Source: a virus
Lineage: Duplodnaviria > Caudoviricetes
Direction: 5' to 3' (one strand)
DNA: 64,000 bases
Virus record (IMG/VR): IMGVR_UViG_3300046786_000293
Coordinates: 1-64,000 of that record
A model generated the notes under the pieces. The model had not been told where the DNA came from. It saw only the letters and a list, made by a program, of their open reading frames with translations, and made no database searches. The position numbers and the translations under genes are program-made. Numbering within the stretch: position 1 is the first letter of the stretch; the number at the start of each line of letters is the position of its first letter. Positions 1-7,450 of the stretch are shown piece by piece.

Positions 1-149
1 ACATATCCCAGTGCGCTTCCTATCACAAGCGGGGCAACCCATCCGTAACCATTGTGATGGCCATGACGATGATAATGAATCGGATTTGCTTGGCTTGGCA
101 TCACCGTCATCATTAATCCAGTGACCACTGCGGTTATTATCGTCTTCAT
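1..149 (-). CDS. Secreted or membrane small protein, partial (runs off window start)
   Basis: Manual translation from ATG at 149: MKTIITAVVTGLMMTVMPSQANPIHYHRHGHHNGYGWVAPLVIGSALGY..., with a signal-peptide-like N-terminus. Confidence 0.6.
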   Translation of the reverse strand, partial: MKTIITAVVTGLMMTVMPSQANPIHYHRHGHHNGYGWVAPLVIGSALGY

Positions 150-198
150 ACATTCTATCCTCCTAGTCTGTATAATATAATAACGCCACACTTGCAGA

Positions 199-477
199 TT
201 ACGTTGACAACTTCTCAATCTTTTTTACATTCATTACCTTAAATGATCTCCACTCGCTTTTGTCCAAACACCACACACTTAAGACTTCAGGATTGTATGC
301 TCTAGTCTTGTGATGCTCGGATAACTCCTTAGTAGGCAGTGCAGAATCACGCAAAGTACAAGGCATGGTTCTTTCTGATCCGTCCACTTTGGTAAATGTA
401 ATCACGTGATCTTCTTTAAGAATACCACGCAGATAATGATTACGTTCGTCTGCGGTCATTTGTTCAAATTCATTCAT
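199..477 (-). CDS. WYL-like SH3-fold protein (T4-like phage conserved, DUF2693/WYL_2 type)
   Basis: Motifs TFTKVDGSERTMPCTL and VWCLDKSEWRSF. Confidence 0.7.
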   Translation of the reverse strand: MNEFEQMTADERNHYLRGILKEDHVITFTKVDGSERTMPCTLRDSALPTKELSEHHKTRAYNPEVLSVWCLDKSEWRSFKVMNVKKIEKLST

Positions 478-650
478 TCTTTTGTCCTCAACATCTCAAA
501 CAATTCTTTCCCAAGTTTAGTTTTGAATTCTTCCTCAGTCATATGCACCAGGGTATCCATTGCCAGTTCCATTGGTAATCTTAATACGATTTCCATTTCT
601 GGGGCAAAGGTATCAGGATTCATTTTTATGTGTCTGCTGATTAATCTCAT
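474..650 (-). CDS. Hypothetical protein, 58 aa (not in ORF track)
   Basis: MRLISRHIKMNPDTFAPEMEIVLRLPMELAMDTLVHMTEEEFKTKLGKELFEMLRTKE; ATGA overlaps at both ends; GGAG RBS supplied by the upstream gene end. Confidence 0.7.
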   Translation of the reverse strand: MRLISRHIKMNPDTFAPEMEIVLRLPMELAMDTLVHMTEEEFKTKLGKELFEMLRTKE

Positions 651-880
651 TTTTCAACTCCGAAATGTTGTTTAATTTTTTTATGAAGGAATCCTTGATT
701 GTATCCGTACCCATCATGTCTAATTGTTTCAGATTGTAACACATCACAACATTCTTTCACAATCAACTCAGCGAACTTTTTGCAGAATGCAGAATTGGGT
801 TCAATTCGATATCGTTGATCCTCTGGATATTCTGCTGTATCAAACGCTTGGTCGGCAAGTTCTTTAATTCGTTCGTTCAT
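647..880 (-). CDS. MNERI-family hypervariable small protein, copy A
   Basis: MNERIKELA...KFAELIVKEC...KQHFGVEK. Confidence 0.85.
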   Translation of the reverse strand: MNERIKELADQAFDTAEYPEDQRYRIEPNSAFCKKFAELIVKECCDVLQSETIRHDGYGYNQGFLHKKIKQHFGVEK

Positions 881-1101
881 AGTTCAACTCCGAAATGTTT
901 CAACAAATCTTCTGGTTCAGGATGCCAAGCATTGTTAGCGTTATCATAACCTGAATTCTCATCCAGGAACTTAGCACATTCCCGAACAATCAACTCGGCG
1001 AACTTTTCCTGGTCCAGTGCTTTAATTTCGGTGTATCCGCCATCAGTGTATCCGACAACTTTTTGAGCCTGTTCAGCAAGTAGTTTAATTCGTTCGTTCA
1101 T
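877..1101 (-). CDS. MNERI-family hypervariable small protein, copy B
   Basis: MNERIKLLAEQA...KFAELIVREC...KHFGVEL. Confidence 0.85.
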   Translation of the reverse strand: MNERIKLLAEQAQKVVGYTDGGYTEIKALDQEKFAELIVRECAKFLDENSGYDNANNAWHPEPEDLLKHFGVEL

Positions 1102-1319
1102 TTTGTCTCCAGAAAATAATCCCAGTCCTTACCACCTAGCTTGGCCCAGTTTTCCCATTTGATCATTTCATCTTTGCACTGTTGCGGCATGCCTATACTA
1201 CCTACTACTGCACCGCACCCACAACGATAACTAATACCGCTAGAAGTATCAAAATATGCAGTCCCGCCACAGGGTAGGACCATCCCGTCCATTAGCTCGT
1301 TCATTTTGATCTCACACAA
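1098..1319 (-). CDS. Hypothetical protein (Cys-containing; start uncertain)
   Basis: ORF in the operon chain; overlaps its neighbours. Confidence 0.6.
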   Translation of the reverse strand: MCEIKMNELMDGMVLPCGGTAYFDTSSGISYRCGCGAVVGSIGMPQQCKDEMIKWENWAKLGGKDWDYFLETK

Positions 1320-1522
1320 CGATACCGATCAGGGTTGAGATTGAGTTGCCGGGCAGCTTCTTCGCACATTTCCAGCGCAGTCTTTCCACCAAGACGCCCG
1401 TGATCCAAGTGGAACTCGCCAATAGGTCGCCAGTCACGGTCACGATGCAGAATGTAATTGCCTGTACCTTGTCCTTGTATGGCAACTACAGTCCAAATCA
1501 CCAGAATGTAAGTGTATCCCAT
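1301..1522 (-). CDS. Hypothetical protein with hydrophobic N-terminus
   Basis: ORF in the operon chain. Confidence 0.65.
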   Translation of the reverse strand: MGYTYILVIWTVVAIQGQGTGNYILHRDRDWRPIGEFHLDHGRLGGKTALEMCEEAARQLNLNPDRYRCVRSK

Positions 1523-1755
1523 TATGATTTCAATGCCGCCATAGTTTGTTCACGTGCTCTACGTTCAAGGTCTGCTTCTTCTGCGGCGCGAATCTTGTAT
1601 GCCATCATGCCCATAAACTCCTGTACAGCTTCTTTACCTTCTTCGGTAAAGTGACTGTAGGACTCTCCTACAGTACTGTGGTAGTAATAACGGCGATCAC
1701 GGATAATCTCTTCGAGACTACCATAGATTAAATGTTTAAGTGCGCCTTTTTCCAT
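1522..1755 (-). CDS. Hypothetical protein (likely start MEKGALK at 1755)
   Basis: The ORF-track N-terminal extension overlaps ligase by about 200 nt; the ATG at 1755 abuts the ligase stop. Confidence 0.7.
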   Translation of the reverse strand: MEKGALKHLIYGSLEEIIRDRRYYYHSTVGESYSHFTEEGKEAVQEFMGMMAYKIRAAEEADLERRAREQTMAALKS

Positions 1756-1756
1756 A

Positions 1757-3082
1757 TTAAATTTTCTCACCAACTTCAAAGCCACGGAATCGGAGGAACC
1801 TCGGAAAACGTAGCGAATAACTACCATCTTGATTTTGTGTAATCGCATCTGCACGGACTTCCGCGATGGTGTTAAGAACTTTACTGCGACTAGCCCAATA
1901 ACCAATGCGCTGATCGTCACTAAATCCAGATCCAACGTTGACACGAATTGACTTTCCATCATCTACACCTTCACAAACGAATGCACCAAGACGCCCCACG
2001 TTCTTGCCTGTACCTTCTTCTACATCAACAACAGTAAGGCTAACTTCAATAAAAGGTTTCAACTTGAGCCAAGCTACACTACGCTTACACTCGTAGCCTG
2101 CATTGGGATCTTTAATCATAATGCCTTCGTAGCCTGCGGCAACAGCACGAGCATTGATAGCCTTGTACTGTTCTTGCCCTTGTGGGGTGTCCAAGTCAAC
2201 TAGTTCGTGACTGAGAATTTCTACGTTAGGCATGACATTTTCGTAGACTGCAAACCACTCAGCCAGCATTTCACTGCGACGACGTTGCGGCGTCACACTT
2301 GCACCTTTTTCAAATTCCTCCAGCGACAAAATGTCAAACAAGTTAAGCACAGCATCGTTGGCTTTGACGTTACTCTTGCGATGTACTTGCTTCATCAAGT
2401 CTTGAAAACTGGACGACATAATCTCGCCGTCAAAGACCATGGGCTCACTGAAGTGTCCACCAAGTTTGGTAACTGCTTGGAATTGTTCTTTGATGTGCGG
2501 AAAGTTTACAAGTTCTTTACCGTTACGGCTATACTGATCAACACGCCCATCTGGATAAACAACAGTGATAATCCGGACCCCATCGAGTTTAACTTCGATA
2601 AGTTTGCGTCCAGATACTTTCGATTCATGATTAGCACTATCGTGAGCAAGCTGACAAGAAAAAATTGGTACAACATATTCAGGCCATTCCTTTTCTACAA
2701 CCTTGTTAATAGTTTTTTCGCTGGCACCACAACGAAGATCCTTGATAAGGATGCGACGATACCAGCCATTCCATTCTGCCTTTGTGGCAGACTTCATCAT
2801 ATCGTTAACCATATCCCTAGCAGTATTGCCGGTGACTGCACGACTGACGAATCCAGTGATGACAAGAGTAAATGTTTCCCAAGGCAAGCCAGGACCGTCT
2901 GCGTCCTTCTTTTCGGGAATTTGCTTCAAGCCAAAAGTAATCATAGGGTCCAGTGCTAGTCTTGCACCTTCGAAGAATTCATTATTGCCCGCTCGCGCCT
3001 GTTCAAAGATAATCTGCTCTTTGTTAATACGGGAGGGATGATTTTCGAGATCGGCGATAACTCGATAGCAAGGATCTAACAT
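1757..3082 (-). CDS. lig: ATP-dependent DNA ligase
   Basis: KxDG motif I (EVKLDGVR), FDGE, EGIMIK, WLKLKP, OB-fold SLRFPRF; start MLDPCY downstream of a sigma70 promoter. Confidence 0.95.
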   Translation of the reverse strand: MLDPCYRVIADLENHPSRINKEQIIFEQARAGNNEFFEGARLALDPMITFGLKQIPEKKDADGPGLPWETFTLVITGFVSRAVTGNTARDMVNDMMKSATKAEWNGWYRRILIKDLRCGASEKTINKVVEKEWPEYVVPIFSCQLAHDSANHESKVSGRKLIEVKLDGVRIITVVYPDGRVDQYSRNGKELVNFPHIKEQFQAVTKLGGHFSEPMVFDGEIMSSSFQDLMKQVHRKSNVKANDAVLNLFDILSLEEFEKGASVTPQRRRSEMLAEWFAVYENVMPNVEILSHELVDLDTPQGQEQYKAINARAVAAGYEGIMIKDPNAGYECKRSVAWLKLKPFIEVSLTVVDVEEGTGKNVGRLGAFVCEGVDDGKSIRVNVGSGFSDDQRIGYWASRSKVLNTIAEVRADAITQNQDGSYSLRFPRFLRFRGFEVGEKI

Positions 3083-3109
3083 TTGAACTCCAACTGATAA
3101 TATAATGCT

Positions 3110-3138
3110 ATTATACAGTAATATTGAAAAACAGTCAA
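3110..3138 (-). promoter_or_regulatory. Sigma70-type promoter for ligase
   Basis: TTGACT-17 nt-TATAAT on the minus strand. Confidence 0.75.
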
Positions 3139-3143
3139 CCATT

Positions 3144-3168
3144 AAAAAACCCCTATCGGGGTTTTTTT
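3144..3168. terminator. Bidirectional rho-independent terminator
   Basis: AAAAAACCCC-TATC-GGGGTTTTTTT. Confidence 0.85.
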
Positions 3169-3649
3169 AAGTAACTACAACCTCGCCTCTAACGGTAACT
3201 ATTTGTGCATAAAATATCCATTGCCAACGAGCATACTCTTTAGGATTTAAAACAGACTCTACTGAACCGTCGGAAACTTTAATTAAGTTAATTCCGTCCA
3301 ATGTATATAGTCTGTTGTCGAATAAAATTGGGTATTTGGCTTGCATATTATTATATGCAGTCATGTCTGTCCAAATTCTGGTAGTTTGCTGGCCATGGCC
3401 GAGTTCGTCGTGATATTCAACATTAATAACATCCAGTAATCCGGGATTTTGTTGTTCTTGCCAATTGGCATCTATTTCGTCACATAAGTCAGAAATAATT
3501 GCGTCGACATCCGTTTGAGTCAAATTAGCAGTAGGATACAATGGATTTAGTAAATCGAGTGTAGTATTTGATGTAATGTACTCATTACGGCTAATGGCAT
3601 TACTATTTTGACAAACGGTTGTATTAACTTGGGTAACTGGCATATTCAT
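3167..3649 (-). CDS. Hypothetical protein
   Basis: 160-aa ORF with AAGGA RBS and upstream TAAATA. Confidence 0.7.
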   Translation of the reverse strand: MNMPVTQVNTTVCQNSNAISRNEYITSNTTLDLLNPLYPTANLTQTDVDAIISDLCDEIDANWQEQQNPGLLDVINVEYHDELGHGQQTTRIWTDMTAYNNMQAKYPILFDNRLYTLDGINLIKVSDGSVESVLNPKEYARWQWIFYAQIVTVRGEVVVT

Positions 3650-3672
3650 TCCTTTAATTAAACTTATTTATG

Positions 3673-4017
3673 TCAAATCAATGAAAGATGTTTGCATTTG
3701 CCCCTAAATTTAAACCCGCTACATGTACAAGTCAGCCCGTGTTCAGTCTGTTCGACAATATATTTGTCGCCTTTACTCCCCTTAACTTCCCACTGGGGAT
3801 TGTGGTTTTTTGATTCTTCGATTTCAAAATTAAAGGTATTTTTAATTTCTTTGAACATTCGACCGCGGCTGTCGATTTGTATTGGATTTTTAAACTTAAA
3901 CACGCTCTTGGAGCCAGCCCGGATAAACGCATACATTTTAGTCTTGCTGTCGTTAAGCAAATAAATCCCGTTTGGGGTATCTGTATGCCATTTAGTAGTT
4001 TCTTGATAAAACTTCAT
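3673..4017 (-). CDS. SWIM zinc-finger domain protein
   Basis: C-terminal CTCSGFKFRGKCKH (CxC...CxH); start MKFYQET after GGAG. Confidence 0.8.
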   Translation of the reverse strand: MKFYQETTKWHTDTPNGIYLLNDSKTKMYAFIRAGSKSVFKFKNPIQIDSRGRMFKEIKNTFNFEIEESKNHNPQWEVKGSKGDKYIVEQTEHGLTCTCSGFKFRGKCKHLSLI

Positions 4018-4124
4018 TTTTACTCCTGATGCAGTATTATAACACATTTGGGTAATTTTGAGCAAATAGTCAAAAAAATGTGGCTAAAAAGCCACATTCC
4101 CAAATGTAATACTTGAGTATTAAT

Positions 4125-4748
4125 TTATTTTGAGGTGCCTACAACTTCTATTTCAACTCGACGGTTTTTAGCACGACCTGCGGCTGTTTTATTGTCTGCT
4201 ATAGGTTGGCGTTCGCCTTTTGAATCTGTATAAACACGAGTCTTTTCAATTCCTCGGGTAACTAAGTAAGCCTTAACCGCCTCTGCTCTTCGACGGCCGA
4301 GGTTCATATTATATGAATCTGACCCTATCGAGTCGGTATGCCCAACAGCAATGATAACTTCAAGAATAAACTCTTTGTTGATTTTTCCGACTAGTCCGTC
4401 TAATACCAGACGACCTTCGGGTTTAAGTACACTCTTATCAAAGTCAAACAAAGTATCAGTGGCGTAAGTTAATTTAACAATCTTAGATGCTTGTGGTTGG
4501 GGAGCCGGTAACGTAGCTACCGGAGTTGGTGCAACTACCGGAGCAGTAAATGTAGCTTGGATGCGGGGAACAGGTTTAATTGCACAATCACAATCAGGAT
4601 GTGTAGTGGCAGGGGTCCAAGAACTATTACGCCAGCATTGTTCTGAAGAGTTTTTCCAAGGTGTATCTGTAGAATTGACCCAATTATTAGTTTGAGCACT
4701 CACTAGGCCTGCACTCACGGCAACAATTGTAGTAATAAGTTTTTTCAT
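4125..4748 (-). CDS. ompA: OmpA family outer-membrane/peptidoglycan-binding protein, Betaproteobacteria type
   Basis: Signal peptide; N-terminal W-K-N...CWR...WTP...CD; Pro/Ala linker; OmpA_C motifs LFDFDKS, VGHTDSIGSDSYNMNLGRRRAEAV, NRRVEI. Confidence 0.92.
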   Translation of the reverse strand: MKKLITTIVAVSAGLVSAQTNNWVNSTDTPWKNSSEQCWRNSSWTPATTHPDCDCAIKPVPRIQATFTAPVVAPTPVATLPAPQPQASKIVKLTYATDTLFDFDKSVLKPEGRLVLDGLVGKINKEFILEVIIAVGHTDSIGSDSYNMNLGRRRAEAVKAYLVTRGIEKTRVYTDSKGERQPIADNKTAAGRAKNRRVEIEVVGTSK

Positions 4749-4780
4749 AGTAAACTATTTATTTGTGTGTTTATTCTATC

Positions 4781-5365
4781 TTACTTTTTTATTCGTTGCG
4801 TTTGATAAACAATTCTGGGATCATTTGCACTACTAGCCCATAGTCCTTTGTCTATGCCCCACTGAATTAGTATAAAAAATATCAGTATAAAAGTAGCAAT
4901 AATTCCTACACCTATAGCAATGTCAGACTGAATTTCTTTTAATTCTTGTTTTTTCTTTTCGCGCATAGTTTTTTCGAATAGTTCTTTACTTTGTGCTAGT
5001 GCTTGTTCTTTTTCCAGTCTAAGGCGTTCTTTCACCATAGCATGATATATCTCACCATTGCCGGACCAGATTAGCAGAGTCTTAATTTCTGCTTCGTCCT
5101 CAATCATCTTTTTTTCTTTTATTGCAACATCTAATGCTCGAGCAGTTAGTTCATAGTAATCCTCTTGTCGGTTTTCCTTCAAGGATTCTCTTTTTTTCTC
5201 TTCAACTTGTCGGCTTTCTTGTTTAATTTGATGCTGGGCGTGAAAGAATTTTGTAAGATCTCCACTCACCTCGTAGATATCTTTGCCCAATTTAATGGCT
5301 TCTTTTACCGTTTTCACACTTGCTTGTGCCATGGCAAAAGCCGCACCAACTGTCAGCGGGTCCAT
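4781..5365 (-). CDS. Coiled-coil protein with C-terminal TM segment
   Basis: Start MDPLTVGAAF; charged helical middle; hydrophobic IAIGVGIIATFILIFFILIQW. Confidence 0.7.
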   Translation of the reverse strand: MDPLTVGAAFAMAQASVKTVKEAIKLGKDIYEVSGDLTKFFHAQHQIKQESRQVEEKKRESLKENRQEDYYELTARALDVAIKEKKMIEDEAEIKTLLIWSGNGEIYHAMVKERLRLEKEQALAQSKELFEKTMREKKKQELKEIQSDIAIGVGIIATFILIFFILIQWGIDKGLWASSANDPRIVYQTQRIKK

Positions 5366-5402
5366 ATTATTATTGTTGTCCTTCCCTGACAGAATATTTA
5401 TC

Positions 5403-5427
5403 AAAAAAAATGGACTCCTAAGAGTCC
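5403..5427 (-). terminator. Terminator at the end of the tmRNA coding piece
   Basis: GGACTC-TTAG-GAGTCC followed by A and T8 on the minus strand. Confidence 0.85.
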
Positions 5428-5651
5428 AATTTGGTTGTTTTGGTTACAAGGTAAGTCCTACCCCGGGTTTGGCACTATTAGGCCAATACAGCCTCGCGAC
5501 GAGCAGAAGCTAGCTTTACGCCTTTTCCGCTGAACTTGAAGCTACCATTTGTAGATGCTTTTGCATTTACTAGATTTATGCGATTAACGTTCGTCATCTA
5601 ACGTGCTGTCCACTCTGTTACTCTTTGCCCTGTCGAAACCATGGCAGGCCC
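5405..5651 (-). ncRNA. ssrA: Permuted tmRNA, coding piece (5' acceptor strand, D-loop, tag ORF)
   Basis: Starts GGGCCTGCCATGGTTTCGACAGGG (typical tmRNA 5' end); TAAAT|GCA resume context; tag ORF 5564-5478 ends in TAA. Confidence 0.88.
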
Positions 5652-5660
5652 ATCATAAAA

Positions 5661-5912
5661 TTACTTAATGTATTTGTTGATAACTTTAATTCCTGCGTAA
5701 GTTCCTAGCACAGTAAACATCATTTTGAATACTGTTGTCCAGTCAGTGGCATTACTTAAAGTTAGTTTAATAGGGCCTGCTTCGATGGAGTCTGTTGTTT
5801 TAGGATGATCTAAAAATTGAACATAATATAACAACAAATCCCAAGCATACTGGCTCAACAGATATATCGCAAACGATATAATAAAACCAGTAAACAAACC
5901 TCTACGATACAT
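5661..5912 (-). CDS. 83-aa two-TM protein inside the tmRNA intervening segment
   Basis: AGGAGA RBS directly after the tmRNA CCA; two hydrophobic segments; stop 9 nt before tmRNA G1. Confidence 0.8.
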   Translation of the reverse strand: MYRRGLFTGFIISFAIYLLSQYAWDLLLYYVQFLDHPKTTDSIEAGPIKLTLSNATDWTTVFKMMFTVLGTYAGIKVINKYIK

Positions 5913-5924
5913 TAAATCTCCTTA

Positions 5925-5990
5925 TGGTGGACCTGGCGGGAGTCGAACCCGCGTCCAGAACACTTTTCTCTTTGCTTCATACAGCAATAA
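5925..5990 (-). ncRNA. ssrA: Permuted tmRNA, acceptor piece (T-arm and CCA)
   Basis: ...GTTCTGGACGCGGGTTCGACTCCCGCCAGGTCCACCA; CAGGTCC pairs with GGGCCTG, giving a G3-U70 wobble. Confidence 0.9.
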
Positions 5991-5994
5991 CTAA

Positions 5995-6000
5995 TATTTA
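5995..6000 (-). promoter_or_regulatory. Putative T4-like late promoter TAAATA driving the tmRNA precursor
   Basis: TAAATA lies between a terminator and the acceptor piece; short motif, so position is the main support. Confidence 0.5.
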
Positions 6001-6005
6001 TCAGC

Positions 6006-6028
6006 AAAAAAGGCTCCGAAGAGCCTTT
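6006..6028 (-). terminator. Rho-independent terminator
   Basis: AGGCTC-TTCG-GAGCCT plus T-run on the minus strand. Confidence 0.85.
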
Positions 6029-6046
6029 GTAGCACACTTGCTGAAA

Positions 6047-6397
6047 TTACTCTGCAACAGCGTCAACGATGGCCTGAGCCTCGGACTTCTTAGAGCGAGC
6101 CTTAATAGCCTCGAGGCTGGGCTTTTCTGCCTTAGACGGCTTACTGACTTTGACAGTCTTAACTTCATTATACTTGGCATCTGCGGCATCGATTGCGGCA
6201 GTGTAACGAGCATCTGCATAGAGCTCAGTAGACTTGAGATAAGTAACCACTGCGGGCTTATCCATAGCCTCGGGCAGTTCGCGAAGCTCAATATCAGTAT
6301 GACCATTCTTGGCCAACACTTTAACACGAGTCATGTCATTGGCGAAACGAACTTTAGCTTCACCTTTGAGAACGGAAAGACCAGCAACTTTAAACAT
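6047..6397 (-). CDS. Conserved phage hypothetical protein with basic Ala/Lys-rich C-terminus
   Basis: 116-aa ORF with GGAG RBS, promoter upstream and terminator downstream. Confidence 0.8.
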   Translation of the reverse strand: MFKVAGLSVLKGEAKVRFANDMTRVKVLAKNGHTDIELRELPEAMDKPAVVTYLKSTELYADARYTAAIDAADAKYNEVKTVKVSKPSKAEKPSLEAIKARSKKSEAQAIVDAVAE

Positions 6398-6462
6398 AAA
6401 ATACTCCTAGAAAAAACAAGTTAGTTGAAAAACTGTTAACATCCATTTGCTAACATATTCAA

Positions 6463-6491
6463 ATTATAGTTGATTTTGGATTTGATGTCAA
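6463..6491 (-). promoter_or_regulatory. Sigma70 promoter
   Basis: TTGACA-17-TATAAT. Confidence 0.85.
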
Positions 6492-6544
6492 CCATTATTT
6501 GAATTCAGGTTTACCAAAATTAATTGGCAGATTCTTTTGAAAAT

Positions 6545-6817
6545 TTAGCCTTCGTAAATGGGACCAAACAGACCCAATTGGTCACAGACATCACCGGCCG
6601 CATCATCGAGACGGTCGGCAATGATTTCTTCTACCACAGTCATATCTTCGCCAACCATTGCTTCCTTGATGATTGTGAAAGCATCCTTCAATAGCAACTC
6701 GGCGAACTTGTAGATATCTACGCCATCTTCCAGGCCGTTTTCGGCATCACGGGCCAGACCGTATTTGTCTACAGTCATCCCGGCCTGTTCGGCCAGTTTT
6801 TCAATTCGTTTGTTCAC
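6545..6817 (-). CDS. MNERI-family protein, copy C (divergent C-terminus, GTG start)
   Basis: MNKRIEKLAEQAG...KFAELLLKD; lacks the HFGVE end. Confidence 0.8.
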   Translation of the reverse strand: MNKRIEKLAEQAGMTVDKYGLARDAENGLEDGVDIYKFAELLLKDAFTIIKEAMVGEDMTVVEEIIADRLDDAAGDVCDQLGLFGPIYEG

Positions 6818-6868
6818 GATTCAACTCCGAAATGTTGTTTGATTATTGGCACCGCATCGTCAACCAAA
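6814..6868 (-). pseudogene. Remnant 3' end of an MNERI-family gene fused to a -35 promoter fragment
   Basis: TTGGTTGACG followed by ...ATCAAACAACATTTCGGAGTTGAATCGTGA (IKQHFGVES*), with no start or middle part. Confidence 0.65.
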
Positions 6869-7042
6869 TTAGGCGTTCTTTTTAGGACGACCACGACCAC
6901 GTTTCGGGGCATCTGCAACCACGGCATTCTGATTGAGTTCAGCCAAACGGCCTGAATAAGCACCTTGCCCGGCTTTGTGGATCAATCCAGTTTGGGTAAA
7001 AGTAACAGTGCCGCCTTTAGAAGTAACAAAACCGTTTTTCAT
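6869..7042 (-). CDS. Small protein with C-terminal AT-hook
   Basis: MKNGFVTSKGG...KRGRGRPKKNA (GRP AT-hook core). Confidence 0.75.
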   Translation of the reverse strand: MKNGFVTSKGGTVTFTQTGLIHKAGQGAYSGRLAELNQNAVVADAPKRGRGRPKKNA

Positions 7043-7072
7043 TTCAATGTCCTTCTGTGTTGCAATATCAAT

Positions 7073-7105
7073 ATTATAGCAAAATTGGGAATTTTCGTCA
7101 ACCAA
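7073..7105 (-). promoter_or_regulatory. Repeated cassette early promoter
   Basis: TTGGTTGACG-AAAATTCCCAATTTTGC-TATAAT; 17-nt spacer; extended -10 TG. Confidence 0.9.
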
Positions 7106-7106
7106 T

Positions 7107-7364
7107 TTATTGGTCTTTCATCACGTAAGTGAACAGAATCCATTTGGCTTGATTCAGCATTTGGCGAATGTGTTCACGACTGTTTTCGTTTTGACCACTG
7201 AACGACAGCATTTCTTGTGCGTCGCTCATGAGGCTTGCGGCAACCATTGCAGGGCCTGAGAATTTGAAAGTGATGCTGGACTCGATGCTTTCACGAAGTT
7301 CGGCTTCGGAGCAACCATACATACGACGATCACGTTGTTGACTTTCGTTAAGGACTGCGGTCAT
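7107..7364 (-). CDS. Hypothetical protein (cassette gene)
   Basis: GGAG RBS; own promoter upstream. Confidence 0.8.
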   Translation of the reverse strand: MTAVLNESQQRDRRMYGCSEAELRESIESSITFKFSGPAMVAASLMSDAQEMLSFSGQNENSREHIRQMLNQAKWILFTYVMKDQ

Positions 7365-7394
7365 TTCAAACTCCTTTTGTGTTGCAATATCAAT

Positions 7395-7450
7395 ATTATA
7401 GCAAAATACCCAATTTCGAGCAACCGAAATTTTGTAATACTTTAGTACAC
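7395..7450 (-). promoter_or_regulatory. Repeated cassette promoter (TTGCTC variant) with partial upstream palindrome
   Basis: TTGCTC-17-TATAAT; GTAATAC half-site at 7434. Confidence 0.8.

Noticed and set aside
1756-1962. N-terminal extension of ORF 1522-1962
   Set aside because: Overlaps the ligase 3' end by about 200 nt; the ATG at 1755 fits the operon spacing.
2207-3041. Long plus-strand ORFs opposite ligase (similarly 27788-28765, 29 kb, 49-50 kb, 61-63 kb)
   Set aside because: Shadow frames of well-supported minus-strand genes, with no motifs or RBS.
5925-5962. Stand-alone tRNA gene or integration (att) site
   Set aside because: No anticodon arm or D-arm upstream. The matching 5' acceptor strand lies downstream with tag and helix-2 pairing, which fits a permuted tmRNA; no integrase is nearby.
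5924-6424. Plus-strand ORF starting MVDLAGVEPASR
   Set aside because: Typical antisense read-through of a tRNA/tmRNA T-arm; it overlaps the tmRNA and a real minus-strand gene.
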